In this document: piece by piece, positions 30,555-41,200 of the stretch
Numbering within the stretch: the first letter of the stretch is position 1
Layout: every line of letters starts with the position of its first letter
Assembly (NCBI GenBank): GCA_034189315.1
Contig: JAXHVC010000012.1
Span: 1-55,702, forward strand
Direction: 5' to 3'
DNA: 55,702 bases
Source: Chloroflexota bacterium
GTDB lineage: Bacteria > Chloroflexota > Dehalococcoidia > UBA2247 > JAXHVC01
Position numbers and translations under genes: made by a program
Notes under the pieces: generated by a model
Told to the model about the DNA's origin: nothing
Databases searched by the model: none
What the model saw: the letters and a program-made list of their open reading frames with translations, nothing else

Positions 30555-31106
30555 TTAGCCGTTCCTATCTTTACCTTGATAGTTCTCAAGCAATTCCTCA
30601 AGCCGAACAAAGAACTCATTTCGTATGTTCTCTATGTGCAATGCTTCCTTGAAATCCACTATTGCCGTATCCCTACGCTTAAATCTATCTGGTTCCACTT
30701 GTAATGCATAAGAATTGATCTGTCTTTTCCAGAACCATTCTGCACAGCAGAATTGGACGTTTTCCGGATCGATAACCGTGATCGTTTTTAGAGATTGAAA
30801 TAACTTTTTTCCCAAAAGACTATTCTCAATACAAAAGGCAATGTAGGCGATCCTATACTCCACTTTGGGAATGACACCTTTTAATGGCAATGGTGCAAGG
30901 TTATGAGTATCTTTTTGTCCGTTGTAGACAAAATGGCCATAGCAGCTTTGCAGAGTGAAACAATAAGACAAATCGTTAAACCCATTGATGAGGTCTATGA
31001 TAGGTATGTCAATCATGTCATCAGTGAGATCGCACAGAGTTTTCTGTTTTTGCGCTTGAAAATGGGGATTTTCCGCTATTTTTTTTAGTTCAGTGAAGGT
31101 TTCCAA
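30555..31106 (-). CDS. Conserved hypothetical protein (possible distant TYW3-like fold), integron-cassette-like gene
   Basis: Clean 183-aa AT-rich ORF with ID.PI.DLI..FN....FTLQSCYGH. Its TAA stop lies inside GGCTAAC, complementary to the upstream GTTAGCC core. Confidence 0.7.
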   Translation of the reverse strand: METFTELKKIAENPHFQAQKQKTLCDLTDDMIDIPIIDLINGFNDLSYCFTLQSCYGHFVYNGQKDTHNLAPLPLKGVIPKVEYRIAYIAFCIENSLLGKKLFQSLKTITVIDPENVQFCCAEWFWKRQINSYALQVEPDRFKRRDTAIVDFKEALHIENIRNEFFVRLEELLENYQGKDRNG

Positions 31107-31148
31107 TTCTGCTATCCCTATCCATATAGTAACAATTTATGTTTCTTT

Positions 31149-31277
31149 GGCTAACGCAGAACTCAAGCACTGCTCAATTCTGGAGGATTGCGCCAGTCTG
31201 TTCAATCATGCGACTTGGCCGCTGAACACATGTCAATCAAGCCAGCTACTGCAATCGCTTGCAGCACTCTGTTGGAC
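31149..31277 (-). mobile_element. attC recombination site (integron cassette), 129 bp
   Basis: Minus strand reads R'' GTCCAAC, 5 nt, L'' GCTGCAAG (extrahelical G) ... L' CTTGAGT, 5 nt, R' GTTAGCC. Stem pairing continues with ATTGC/GCAGT. Confidence 0.8.
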
Positions 31278-33627
31278 GGCTCCCCCGCCTTTTCCTACAC
31301 GCCGTAAACGTTCGCGTCAGTGCCCAGAACATGAGAAGTGGTCCTGTTAGTGCCGCGTTTGCTGCAAATCCGATGTTGTGGCGGCTAGTCAGTGTTGCTG
31401 CCAAAGGATCGTCAAAAGCATGGTCATTGATAACGTAAGTCCATGTAGAGGCGGGGCCTCGAAGCCCCAACTCCTCCATGTCCACCCCACCGGATATGAT
31501 TTTCAGTGACATGAATCTCTCAACCATCCGAGCATCCATAGTGTCCAAAGTGTCAATGAATGACTGCGCCGCACCCTTTTGAAACTCTTCAAGAGGAGAC
31601 AGCCCGGCCACTTCTGCCAGGTGGACACTATCTCGAATCTCTGTAATCGTTGCCAGGTGCTCCGACCATCCTTCGTCAATAGCGTATAGAGTCAGTCTTC
31701 TTTCTAGATCATGCAAAGCTTCCTTCCCCAACGCCTGACACGCGCTTTCCCAGGCTGCAGGAAGGCGATCCTTCAGCACGCTCGGGGAGGTTGTCCCACT
31801 CAGCACTGATTTACGTCGTTCACAAATCAAACGACGTTGCTGCTCTATAAATTGTGTGTAGCGCCAAAGGTTGTGTGGCTGGACGCCATCTCCTAGGTAG
31901 TAGATCATCAATCCTATATCGTGTGAGCAGCTCGTCCTCCAGGCTGATGAAAAACCGAGATGCGCCTGGATCACCCTGTCGTCCAGCGCGTCCACGCAGT
32001 TGATTGTCTATCCGGCGGCTCTCGTGACGGTTTGTGCCAATAACATACAGACCACCGAGATCTGCTACCTTGTCACTCCCCTCTCCCTTGCTTCCCCCCA
32101 AACGGATGTCGGTTCCCCTGCCAGCCATGTTTGTCGATATCGTGATGGCGCCGAGGGCTCCGGCTTCGGCAATGATACGCGCCTCCTGATCGTCTCGCTT
32201 GGCATTGAGGATATTACAACCAACTCCAACTGCCAGCAAATCTGCGGCGAGTTCCTCGGACTCTTCTACGCTGAGGGTACCCACAAGTATGGGTCGTCCT
32301 GTGCTGTGGACCATTTCGATTTCTGCCAGGAGCGCACGACGTTTGACCTCTCGATGCACAAAAACTAGATCTGGATGATCTATGCGAAGGTTTGGCCGGT
32401 TGGGTGGAACAACCAGTATATCGAGTCCATAGAAACTTGAAAGCTCATCGGCAGCAGACTCAGAGGTAGCGGTCATGCCACAGAGATGTGGATACTGCAG
32501 CAGAAAGTGTTGAAGTGTAATGGATCCCAGGACACGTCCCTCCTTTGAGGGCCGCACACCCTCCTTGGCTTCGATGGCTGCCTGTAAGCCATCTGGCCAA
32601 TGACGATCTTCCATAACCCGCCCCGTAAATTCATCCACGATTTCTACTCGGCTGTCCCGAACGATATAATCCACATCTCGCTGCATCAGCATCCTGGCAT
32701 GAAGGGCAAGATTGAGCTCCGTCATTGATTGAAGGTTGGCAGGAGCATACAGATCGCCACAGCCGAGAATTTCTTCTGCGCGGTTCGTTCCTTCCTCTGT
32801 CAGATAGACATTTCGTCTGTACTCGTCGAAAGCAAAGTGGATTCCAGACTCAAGTTGCGTGGAAACGGTTTGCATCAGATTCTGTCGTCCCTGCTGGCAA
32901 TCAGTTGCTCCGGCTATGATCAAGGGGACGCGAGCCTCGTCGATGAGGATGGAATCTGCCTCGTCTACGACGGCCGCGTTAAAAGGGCGTTGCAGGCCTC
33001 GAAGGCCAAGCCATCCCGCAAAAAGTCGAAACCGGCATCCTTGGCAGTGAGATACGTAACATCTGCCTGATATGCATTCCGTCGCTCCACCAGACCCATG
33101 CTTCCCTCTATGAACTCGACCGTCAACCCCAGAAACCGATAGATCGGACCCATCCACTCAGCATCCCTTCGAGCGAGGTAGTCGTTGAAAGTAAGCACAT
33201 GCACGCCCCGCCTGCCTAGTGCGTGGAGAACCACGGGACTCACAGCTGCTAAAGTCTTCTCACCGGTATCCATCTGTACGATCTCGCCTTCGTGCAGCCC
33301 TAGTCCACCCATAACCTGTACGTCGAAAGGGCGCAACCCAATCTCTCGCCGAGCCACTTCACGCACGAGAGCAAAGACAGTGACGCACATGTCGTCCAGG
33401 GAAATGCCTGTGCGAGCACGCTCCATGAGGATGTCCGCTTCTATCCGCAACTGCGATTCGCTGGCTTGTCGCAGATGTGGTTCGAGGGCGTTTATGGCCT
33501 CGATTGTGTCCTTATGATGCTTTGATGGGCGGTCTACCGAGCTGCCAATAAAGCGTCGCGCAAGCTGTTTTATTCCTACAGTAGTGCCCACTTCTGTATC
33601 CTTCTCTGTCGCCTGGAGTTTAGTCAA
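31246..33627 (-). pseudogene. secA2: Accessory SecA (SecA2-like) translocase pseudogene
   Basis: RPFDVQ, NDYLARRDAEWM, VDEADSILIDEAR.PLII, DEFTGR, GLQAAIEAKE, STNMAGRGTDI and HESRRIDNQLRGRAGRQGDPG spread over three frames. Walker A is shortened to TGEKT. Confidence 0.88.
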
Positions 33628-33684
33628 AAACCAAGCTCATGCGCTTGCAGGGCGATATGTAGTCTATAAAAGGGAAGCTCTGAT

Positions 33685-33746
33685 CACCCCCCTAAATCCA
33701 CCAATCTTGGGGGATTCCTGTAACTGGGGGGCACCCCCAGACCCCC
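33685..33746. repeat. G/C-run REP-like double hairpin
   Basis: AATCCACCAA-TC-TTGGGGGATT and CTGGGGG-GCA-CCCCCAG followed by ACCCCC. Confidence 0.5.
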
Positions 33747-33876
33747 ATTTTGACTACTTGTTCAGAGGCTCCTAAATATTCGTTTGGTTTGAGAGTCAGC
33801 GTCTTTTGACCGCTACGTGGGAATGGAAATGACCTGCGGAAGCAATACCAGTCCTAATTTGAGAATGCCTCTGCGA

Positions 33877-33902
33877 GTCGGACTGCATGCGTTTGGCAGG
33901 CC
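33877..33902 (-). mobile_element. Degenerate attC left arm
   Basis: Nine nt after the stop at 33912 the minus strand reads GGCCTGCC-AAAC-GCATGCAGTCCGAC. This resembles GCCTAAC-N-GCATGCAG attC starts with AAC mutated. No clear right arm. Confidence 0.4.
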
Positions 33903-33911
33903 ATGCTCCCC

Positions 33912-34742
33912 TCAGTAGTCTGCGCCTTCCCTCTCGAAATGATCAACTATCACACCATCTATTTCATTCCAGAAACTTTCCGGCTCCATCCCTAACTCGG
34001 CGATCATCTCTCTTTCTATCATCCTTGCATCCCGATGTAGTGAAAACATATTCTTTAAGAAACTGGGGTATTGCTTCTCCATGTACCGCACCAACCAGTA
34101 CCCGCGCATGCCGTGATAGGCAATCGCCTCGACACCCATTCTCGATAGCTCTCGATATGTTGGGGGTGTCGCCTTTGGCATAAAGCCCCTCATATACTTT
34201 AAAGTCTCTTGTCTTATCGTCGGCCTTCCTTGGAAACGATCTACTGTCACTGTTGCTATTCCTTCATTGAGCCACATGGGCAGCTTTAGGTGTGCTGAAC
34301 AAGCATGCACCAGCTCGTGACATGTGACGTTTTGCACATTCACCCTCATATCCTTCTCTTCTACGAACATATGAATGTCAATGCTGCCGTGATACTCGTT
34401 GCCATTCTGTTCCATAAGTCGAGCTGGCTTTACCCCGATTGCTACTTTCCTGCCATACGACTGCGTCCAGCCAGCGCTATACAGCCACGTTCTTCGGGCT
34501 CGGAAGCCCCAGAATGGCAGTGTTGTCCCCATCAGTATCCGCCAGCGCCACGGAGCCGACTGTAATAGAAACCCTAACCAAGAGGTCATCACGTAAATGC
34601 TGCAGTTATCAGGCGGTTCCAATCCCCAATTCTCACGAACGAGTTGCATCGCATTCTCGCAGGTGATAGCGATTAAGTCAGCGGAGTCCTGTTCATCAGG
34701 ATCATATACCAACACAACATTGCCAATTGCTCTTGAGTTCAT
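33912..34742 (-). CDS. Putative zinc metallopeptidase (HExxH, peptidase MA-like)
   Basis: HELVH followed by LP.WLNEGIA. ATG 34742 preferred because it lies downstream of a GTTGGGC core-like site (34782-34788). Confidence 0.7.
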   Translation of the reverse strand: MNSRAIGNVVLVYDPDEQDSADLIAITCENAMQLVRENWGLEPPDNCSIYVMTSWLGFLLQSAPWRWRILMGTTLPFWGFRARRTWLYSAGWTQSYGRKVAIGVKPARLMEQNGNEYHGSIDIHMFVEEKDMRVNVQNVTCHELVHACSAHLKLPMWLNEGIATVTVDRFQGRPTIRQETLKYMRGFMPKATPPTYRELSRMGVEAIAYHGMRGYWLVRYMEKQYPSFLKNMFSLHRDARMIEREMIAELGMEPESFWNEIDGVIVDHFEREGADY

Positions 34743-34851
34743 AGGCACAGAATTCCCACTTTCGTGCCGTAATGCCGTACGGCCCAACAACGTGATAGAG
34801 CAAATTACCCATTCAGGGATGACAATCATCAGAGCAGTGTTATCACAAAGA

Positions 34852-35002
34852 ATAATACTTCACTCTTTGCACGCACACAATTCTAGCAAGTGAGTGATCC
34901 TATATAGTCTCCCTGTCCACATCTCAGAAACAGCCCGTATTGGGACTGTCGTTGCGAATAAAACCTGGGAGCCATCTTATACTTATACATACTTCCCTGA
35001 AG
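34852..35002 (-). repeat. Copy 2 of the ~145-bp direct repeat with a minus-strand promoter
   Basis: Aligns with 28785-28926. TTGTGT (34880-34875), 17-nt spacer, TATTAT (34857-34852). Confidence 0.85.
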
Positions 35003-35455
35003 CCTGAGACCTTTCCTTCGGCTGGAGCCTTCCGTCTCGGAGAGATAGGGTTCTGTTGGCCAGTGAACCTAGGGATGAATCGTGGGTTGCGACCAGGACG
35101 GCACACCCACGATCGGAAGCGAGTTCGTTCAGCAACTCGATTATGCTGTGGCCCGTCTCCGAATCCAGATTCCCCGTCGGCTCGTCGGCCAGAATCACCA
35201 CCGGATCATTGGCCAGGGACCTGGCGATGGCAATGCGTTGCTGTTCCCCTCCGCTCAGTTGCAGTGGACTGTGACCTCCCCGATCCCCCAGCCCCACGAG
35301 ATCGAGGATCTCTCGTGCCCTCTCCCTCCGCTGTTTCCGCGAACCCTTCAACCCCTCCATCGGGAGTTCAACGTTTTCGACAGCCGTAAGGCTCTCTATG
35401 AGATTGAAGTTCTGGAAGATGAATCCAATCTTATCCCTCCTGATCCTGTAGAGTA
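34983..35455 (-). pseudogene. 3' half of a LolD/MacB-type ABC ATPase
   Basis: RRDKIGFIFQNFNLI, LSGGEQQRIAIAR and ADEPTGNLDS motifs. The Walker A region is missing. Confidence 0.8.
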
Positions 35456-35459
35456 AGGA

Positions 35460-35705
35460 CATCGTCTGGCACATACACCGAATATATCCCAAGGACCTGG
35501 AGATCCACTCCGCCAAGGTTCACCGAATCGCCCACTTCCGCATCGAAAAATTCTGATGCCTGTTCCGAGAGGACAACACTGAGATCATCCCCCCTCCTGC
35601 AAATTGCGTCCTGCGATGATATCCAAATGATCGAAGACGTGGTACTTCTCGTTCAACAGGGGATCAAGAGGGACGCCCACCACTTCATATTCGGGATATT
35701 CCGAT
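35460..35705 (-). pseudogene. Internal fragment of a MacB-like ABC permease periplasmic domain
   Basis: IIAGRNLQEG(frameshift)DDLSVVLSEQASEFFDAEVGDSVNLGGVDLQVLGIY, joined directly to the ATPase fragment. Confidence 0.6.
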
Positions 35706-35755
35706 AGAGATAAAAGGGCGCTTGTGTATGAGTTACTTTTGTTAGCAATAGATTA

Positions 35756-36664
35756 CTAATCGTTTACTATCACCGTTCTTTTCCCCAGATTCTTATATAA
35801 TCCCTTTACACTGCCCTCTGGGAAGGATAGATTCAAGAGCCATTCTGCTTCATCCAATCGAAGTTCTGCTATTACTTCCTCTCCCCGAGAAGAGGTATAA
35901 TGACACCATCCGGTCACTACGGCTCCCGCATCAAGAATATCTCCTACCTCAGGATTATCGCGAGCCAGATCCAAAAGGTATTGCCGGTCCAGAGGCTCAG
36001 ACCCCTCGAGGGAAGGGATGAGTACGAGGTTCTCCGTTGTCTCGTTAATTGAAATCGAAAGCACCGAGCGATCCTTTGTGTTCACTGCCACCACTGCCAG
36101 CGGCATATGCGTCTCGGGATCGATAAAGTGGACGTAACGCATATCTTCTCGCCCTACTTCAACTACAGCAGTCTCAAGGGAGGCAAGGTCCGAGAAACCT
36201 TCTTCTTGCATCATTACCCGTAATCCCGGATCTTCTCTTGCAAGCTCCGTGGCCAAGGCTTTGTTTGAATGTCCTTGCGGTAGGTAGGCTGTAAGACATA
36301 CTGTGACGACAATGGCCACGACCGTCAGTCCTGCGATTACTTTTTGATAAAGCGGACGATATCTTACTTGGGTGACATTTCTTCGTATCCTTGCCATTGA
36401 CTGCTCCAAGAGGGAGCGATCATTGGGCTTCTGAACTGCCAAGCGTGCCTCGATAATCGCCCAGTTATGAGGCGAAGGGGAGGCCCTCGCCACAAACCCT
36501 GTAAGCCCTTGGCGAAGCTCTTGTTGGGTCAGGGCAAAGTCCTCCACTTTCTGCCTGCAGATGGTGCATATCGAGAGATGAGATTTCACTGCTTCCTGCT
36601 CACATGGGCTCATTGTATCATCAAGGTAGTCAAAGAGTTCCCGTTCAACATCCTTGCAGTTCAT
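35756..36664 (-). CDS. Zinc-finger (zf-HC2) anti-sigma factor with TM helix
   Basis: MNC......DYLD..M........HL..C..C motif and a central TM helix. Overlaps the sigma gene stop. Confidence 0.8.
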   Translation of the reverse strand: MNCKDVERELFDYLDDTMSPCEQEAVKSHLSICTICRQKVEDFALTQQELRQGLTGFVARASPSPHNWAIIEARLAVQKPNDRSLLEQSMARIRRNVTQVRYRPLYQKVIAGLTVVAIVVTVCLTAYLPQGHSNKALATELAREDPGLRVMMQEEGFSDLASLETAVVEVGREDMRYVHFIDPETHMPLAVVAVNTKDRSVLSISINETTENLVLIPSLEGSEPLDRQYLLDLARDNPEVGDILDAGAVVTGWCHYTSSRGEEVIAELRLDEAEWLLNLSFPEGSVKGLYKNLGKRTVIVND

Positions 36665-37197
36665 AGTTCGAATCCATCCTCTCTCAATTCTTTGTTCAGC
36701 AGCTTCATTGCTTTGTTGTGCCTAGATTTGACCGTTCCCAGAGGGATTTGTAGTATCTCCGCTATCTCCTCATATGAAAGCTCCTCGAAATATCTCAGCA
36801 CAATCACTGAAAGGTGTTTCTCATCCAACGCACATATAGCCTGCTGAACTCGGTACTCCTTCTCCTTTGCAAGGAGGACCTCGTCGGGGAGCTTGGAAGC
36901 GGGTATCCCAATCTTTGATCCCTCGGCTTCGACCATCTCAAAAGAAAGACAGTGCGAGTCCTTTCTTCGACGAACCGAGATGCTTTGGTTCACTGTTATA
37001 CGTCGAATCCAGGCTTTGAACCCGCCTCTATCTTGATTAAAATTCCCGCCCAGCTGATGGACTTTTATAAAAACCTCCTGCACAACATCGTTGGCCTTCT
37101 CAGAATCGCCAAGTATTGCCAGGGAAATCCTAAAAGCCATATCGCTGTACTGGCAATAAAGTGCCTCGATCTCTTCTCTTCCTAGTTGCTTCGCCAA
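36661..37197 (-). CDS. ECF RNA polymerase sigma factor
   Basis: A.DVVQEVFIK, F.AWI.RI.VN and LRYFEELSYEEIAEIL.IPLGTVKSR motifs. Confidence 0.92.
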   Translation of the reverse strand: MAKQLGREEIEALYCQYSDMAFRISLAILGDSEKANDVVQEVFIKVHQLGGNFNQDRGGFKAWIRRITVNQSISVRRRKDSHCLSFEMVEAEGSKIGIPASKLPDEVLLAKEKEYRVQQAICALDEKHLSVIVLRYFEELSYEEIAEILQIPLGTVKSRHNKAMKLLNKELREDGFEL

Positions 37198-38286
37198 GGA
37201 TTCGCTCCTTAATCGCTTGCTATCTATAATAATAAACGCATATCCCCATAATAAAGTTCACGCTAGTGAACCAAGTTGTAATACTCGAAAGTATTTATAA
37301 AGACAAATGAATCTTTTAAGGCTTACTGCGTTATATGTATACATCGTCCATAATCGGACCAGTAATCCAAACCAGGAGAAGGAGTGTGATGTGAAGGGGA
37401 CAACAAGGAAGATAAACCAGCTAGAAATCATCAATCCTCACGATATTTCCTCTTGATACTTCAAATCGAAGTCGATCTACTAGTGGACATGCGAACGTTC
37501 ATGAAGACTGGAGCTGATCTCGATCCTTTGAGATCATGATCTTTTGCCTGGTCATCCATATTTAACAGGGATCTTATCTGGAACAGGGGAAGAGCCGGTT
37601 ATGACTCCTGGTAGAAGTTTTGACATCACCATCACAGCTCTTGAGAATTATGTCTTATAGAAGGTTCCTACAAGGAACTCGCTGTGGCATCCAAAAGGCC
37701 CTCGCCTAACAAGTAATTATCTCCTCACGGAAGCCTTCAATCATAGAACAACGTGAAGTCATTCGTCCTTATGGATATTGGGGAGAAGTCCATGTTGAGT
37801 AGTGGGTAAATATACAAGAAACGACAGTCCAACACATTGAAAAACAGTGAAGATGGAGGAAGTGATTTTCTGGTGATGGTTGTTAGACCGGACCGATTTG
37901 CAGATAGGACCATCAATAGAAAAGAATGGTGATACTGCAGCAGGATGGTACATTCCGGCGAAAAGAGCTTTCTTACGATTAGGCACCTTAGTGTCTGAGG
38001 ATACGGAAGAGATAATATGGTCATCAAAGCAAGCTGCTGATCTTCATAACCAGCGACACCGAAAAGCAAGCCACTAACATTCTTATGGTCAACAGGAGAG
38101 TGTAAGATATTTCGTGTAAATGGCCATAGTGTTGTTGATCTGTTTCCTCCATACAATCCTGCTGTACCTACACAGTATGGAGATTCAAGTGGCCTCTTTT
38201 CTTGAAGACTGGCAACACTATTATGCAATACTAATATTTTATGTCAATTTTAAATACACTCTGACCAAGTAAATAGCTTATGGAAC

Positions 38287-41200
38287 TCATTGATCTCCAT
38301 CATCTTTCAATCCATATTCTCCTACTTGGGATTCAGCATCAGCTATCTTGAGGGTAAAAGAGAACTTAGAACCTTGATGCAATCCCGGACTCTCAGCCCA
38401 TATCCTTCCACCATGATGTTTTACAATACGCTCACAGATAGAAAGACCTAGTCCTTGCGATTCCAAGTCATGTCGGGATGAATCCGCTTTGTAGAATTCT
38501 TCGAATATGTGACTAAGTTGCTCTTCATTTAATCCCAAACCAGTATCCTCAATCGATACTACAACAATATCTCCGTCATTCTTAGCATCCAAAGTAATGA
38601 TGCCACCTTCAGCAGTAAACTTAAGGGAGTTACTAAGTAGATTATCAAGTACTTCCCGAATAGCCACGGTATCCGCCCAAACATTAATATCTTCTTGCAT
38701 AGCGCATTCCAACTTAATCCCCCTATCAACTGCTACCAGTCTTCTAGCCTCTACTGTATTTGATAACAGTGTTAACAAACTAGTCTCTTCCAGACTCACT
38801 TTTACAGTTCGAGAATCCAAGGTCGCCAATCTTAATGTCTTAATGACTAGATCCTGCATAAACTTGACATTTATTAACGCTACATCAAATAGCTCCCGCT
38901 GCCGTTGATCCTGCTCCCTATCCTTCATAATAGGTAAAAGCGTTACAAGTGGAGTTAGAGGGCTCTTCAGATCATGTCCTAATTGACCGATGAATACGTC
39001 CTTGTGCTTTAATAATCGCTCTACTTCGGCGGTTCTTTCCTGAACCTTTTGTTCAAGGGTCTGATTAAGCGCTGCCAGTTCTTCTCTTGTCGCTTCAAGT
39101 TGAAGGTTTTTTATGGATAAATCATGAGTATACCCCTCCAATTGCTCCTGGGCCTCTCGAACATCAGCCAAAGCGGACTCCAGCTCTAGGTGTGAAGCTG
39201 TAACAATCTGATTCTGTTCTTCCAATGCGTTCAGCAAAGCTACTTGTTCCACCTCTGATTGATGTCGTTCGGTAATATCCTGTATGGTCCCCATAATTAT
39301 TCTGGGCCTTCCCAAATGATCAAGGCGCTTAACCTCTGGACAAGTAGCATTGATCCATCGGGTTTCACCGGTTGGACGTACAACTCGATAGGTGAATGTC
39401 TGCAAGGAAGATCCCACACTCGTTTCTTTCATTGTGTGAGCTGCCATTTCCCTGTCTTCGGGATGCACTGCCATTTCTATCAAACATCGCGCCTCAGAGT
39501 AATAGTTCTGTTTTACACCACAGATACGCTTTAGCTCATCAGAAATCCAGAAGGACCCATCCTTCAGATTCCGTTCCCAACTACCAACATGTGCTAGCTC
39601 CTGCGCCTTCTTGAAGCCCGATTCGCTTTCTAACAATGCAAATTCCGCCTGCTTTCTCTCGGATATGTCTACTAGCATTCCAACAGAACCAGTAACTCTT
39701 CCGTCTGTTGACTTCAACAAACTCAATGAAAGCTCTACGTCAACGGTGTTATTGTCCGTGGAAAGGATCTTTGTCTCTAGACGATGACGAACTCCATCTT
39801 GTCTAAGGATTTCAGATTTTACCTTCTTCCATTCTTCGGCAGGATATAAAGAGCTAACCGGTTTCATATATATATCCGCGTCCGCCCTCCCCAATAAACC
39901 CTCAGCCAGACCATTCCAAGAGACAATATTCTCATCTTCATCTGTTACTACTATAGCAGCCGCTGAGTTCTCGAAGATTGTACGGTATCTCTCCTCAGCC
40001 ATCTGTAGCTGCTCTTGTGCCCGTTTTCGCTCTGTAATATCTCTGAAACTAACAACAATGCCTTCAATCGCTGTATCCCTCATGTAATTTACCGCCACAG
40101 CCTCCACCCAATGCCATGCCCCATCACCATACTGAATTCGAACCTCTATACTCTCCTCGAATTGGTTATGCGAGCTCATACGACTGAATATATCAGCTAC
40201 CTTGGGAAGATCGAGAGGATGAATCGGCAACTCAAAAATAGAAGATGCGAGTACATTATCTGGATTACATCCCATCGTCCTTTCATAGGATGGGCTTTGA
40301 TAGCGAATGTTCCCTCTTTCACCAACTACGATTATTCCATCGGAGGAATTCTCAATGAGAGAACGAAAGTATCGCTCTTGCTGCACCAAAGCCTCCTCTG
40401 TCCACTTGAGCTTGGTTATGTCACGGTTCACAGCAACAATAGCAACAGGATTATCATGGATGTCATTCACCACAGAGATGTCTGTACTCACCAGAATCTC
40501 TATCCCATCCTTGCGTCTGCATGTATATTCGACGGAAGATGATTGTTCGCCCCTCAGCACACTCACTATTTGCTCGGTAAAAACGTGTCTATCTTCTTCC
40601 ACTATGAATATTTCAGCTGGTCTCTGCCCAATCACTTCGGATTCCTTGTAACCAAATTGCCCAACTGCACCTTCGTTTATATCGGTTATCATGCCTTGCA
40701 TATTCATAGTAATGACACCGTCGACCATTGTTTCAAGAACCGTTGCAGCCTTTCTTAGCTCGTTCTCCGTTTGCTTGCGCTCGGTTATGTCACGAATATT
40801 AACAACAATGCCCTGTATTGCAGGATCATCAAGATAGTTAGATATCGTAGCTTCGATCCAATGCCACAGACCATCACTATGCAATGATCTAACTTCTACA
40901 TTCTGAGGAACTGTTCCACCACTTCGCAACCAATTGAACATCTCTGTTACAACTGGGAGGTCTTCAGGATGTACCATCTCAAAAGCATATCGTCCGACGA
41001 CGCCATCGTGTTGTTGTCCTAGCATCTGGTCATAAGACAAGCTCTCATAGCGAATAAAACCATCACTATCTATCACTACAATCCCATCGGCAGAGTGTTC
41101 GATGAGGGATCGGAAGTACCGCTCACGTTTTTGCAGCGACTCCTCAAAAGATTTACGATCAGTAACGTCACGGAGCAACGCCAACACCGCTAACCTACCT

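Larger units (their letters stand above)
21957..38280. mobile_element. Decaying accessory region/genomic island next to tRNA-Asn (boundaries approximate)
   Basis: Begins at the tRNA 3' end. GC content looks higher by eye. Contains many pseudogenes, an IS3 remnant and an attC site. No integrase or att duplication found. Confidence 0.55.

Noticed and set aside
37704-37740. GCCTAACAAG as another attC start on the + strand
   Set aside because: No L''/L' pairing or downstream GTTRRRY at a suitable distance, and the upstream reading frame is degraded.
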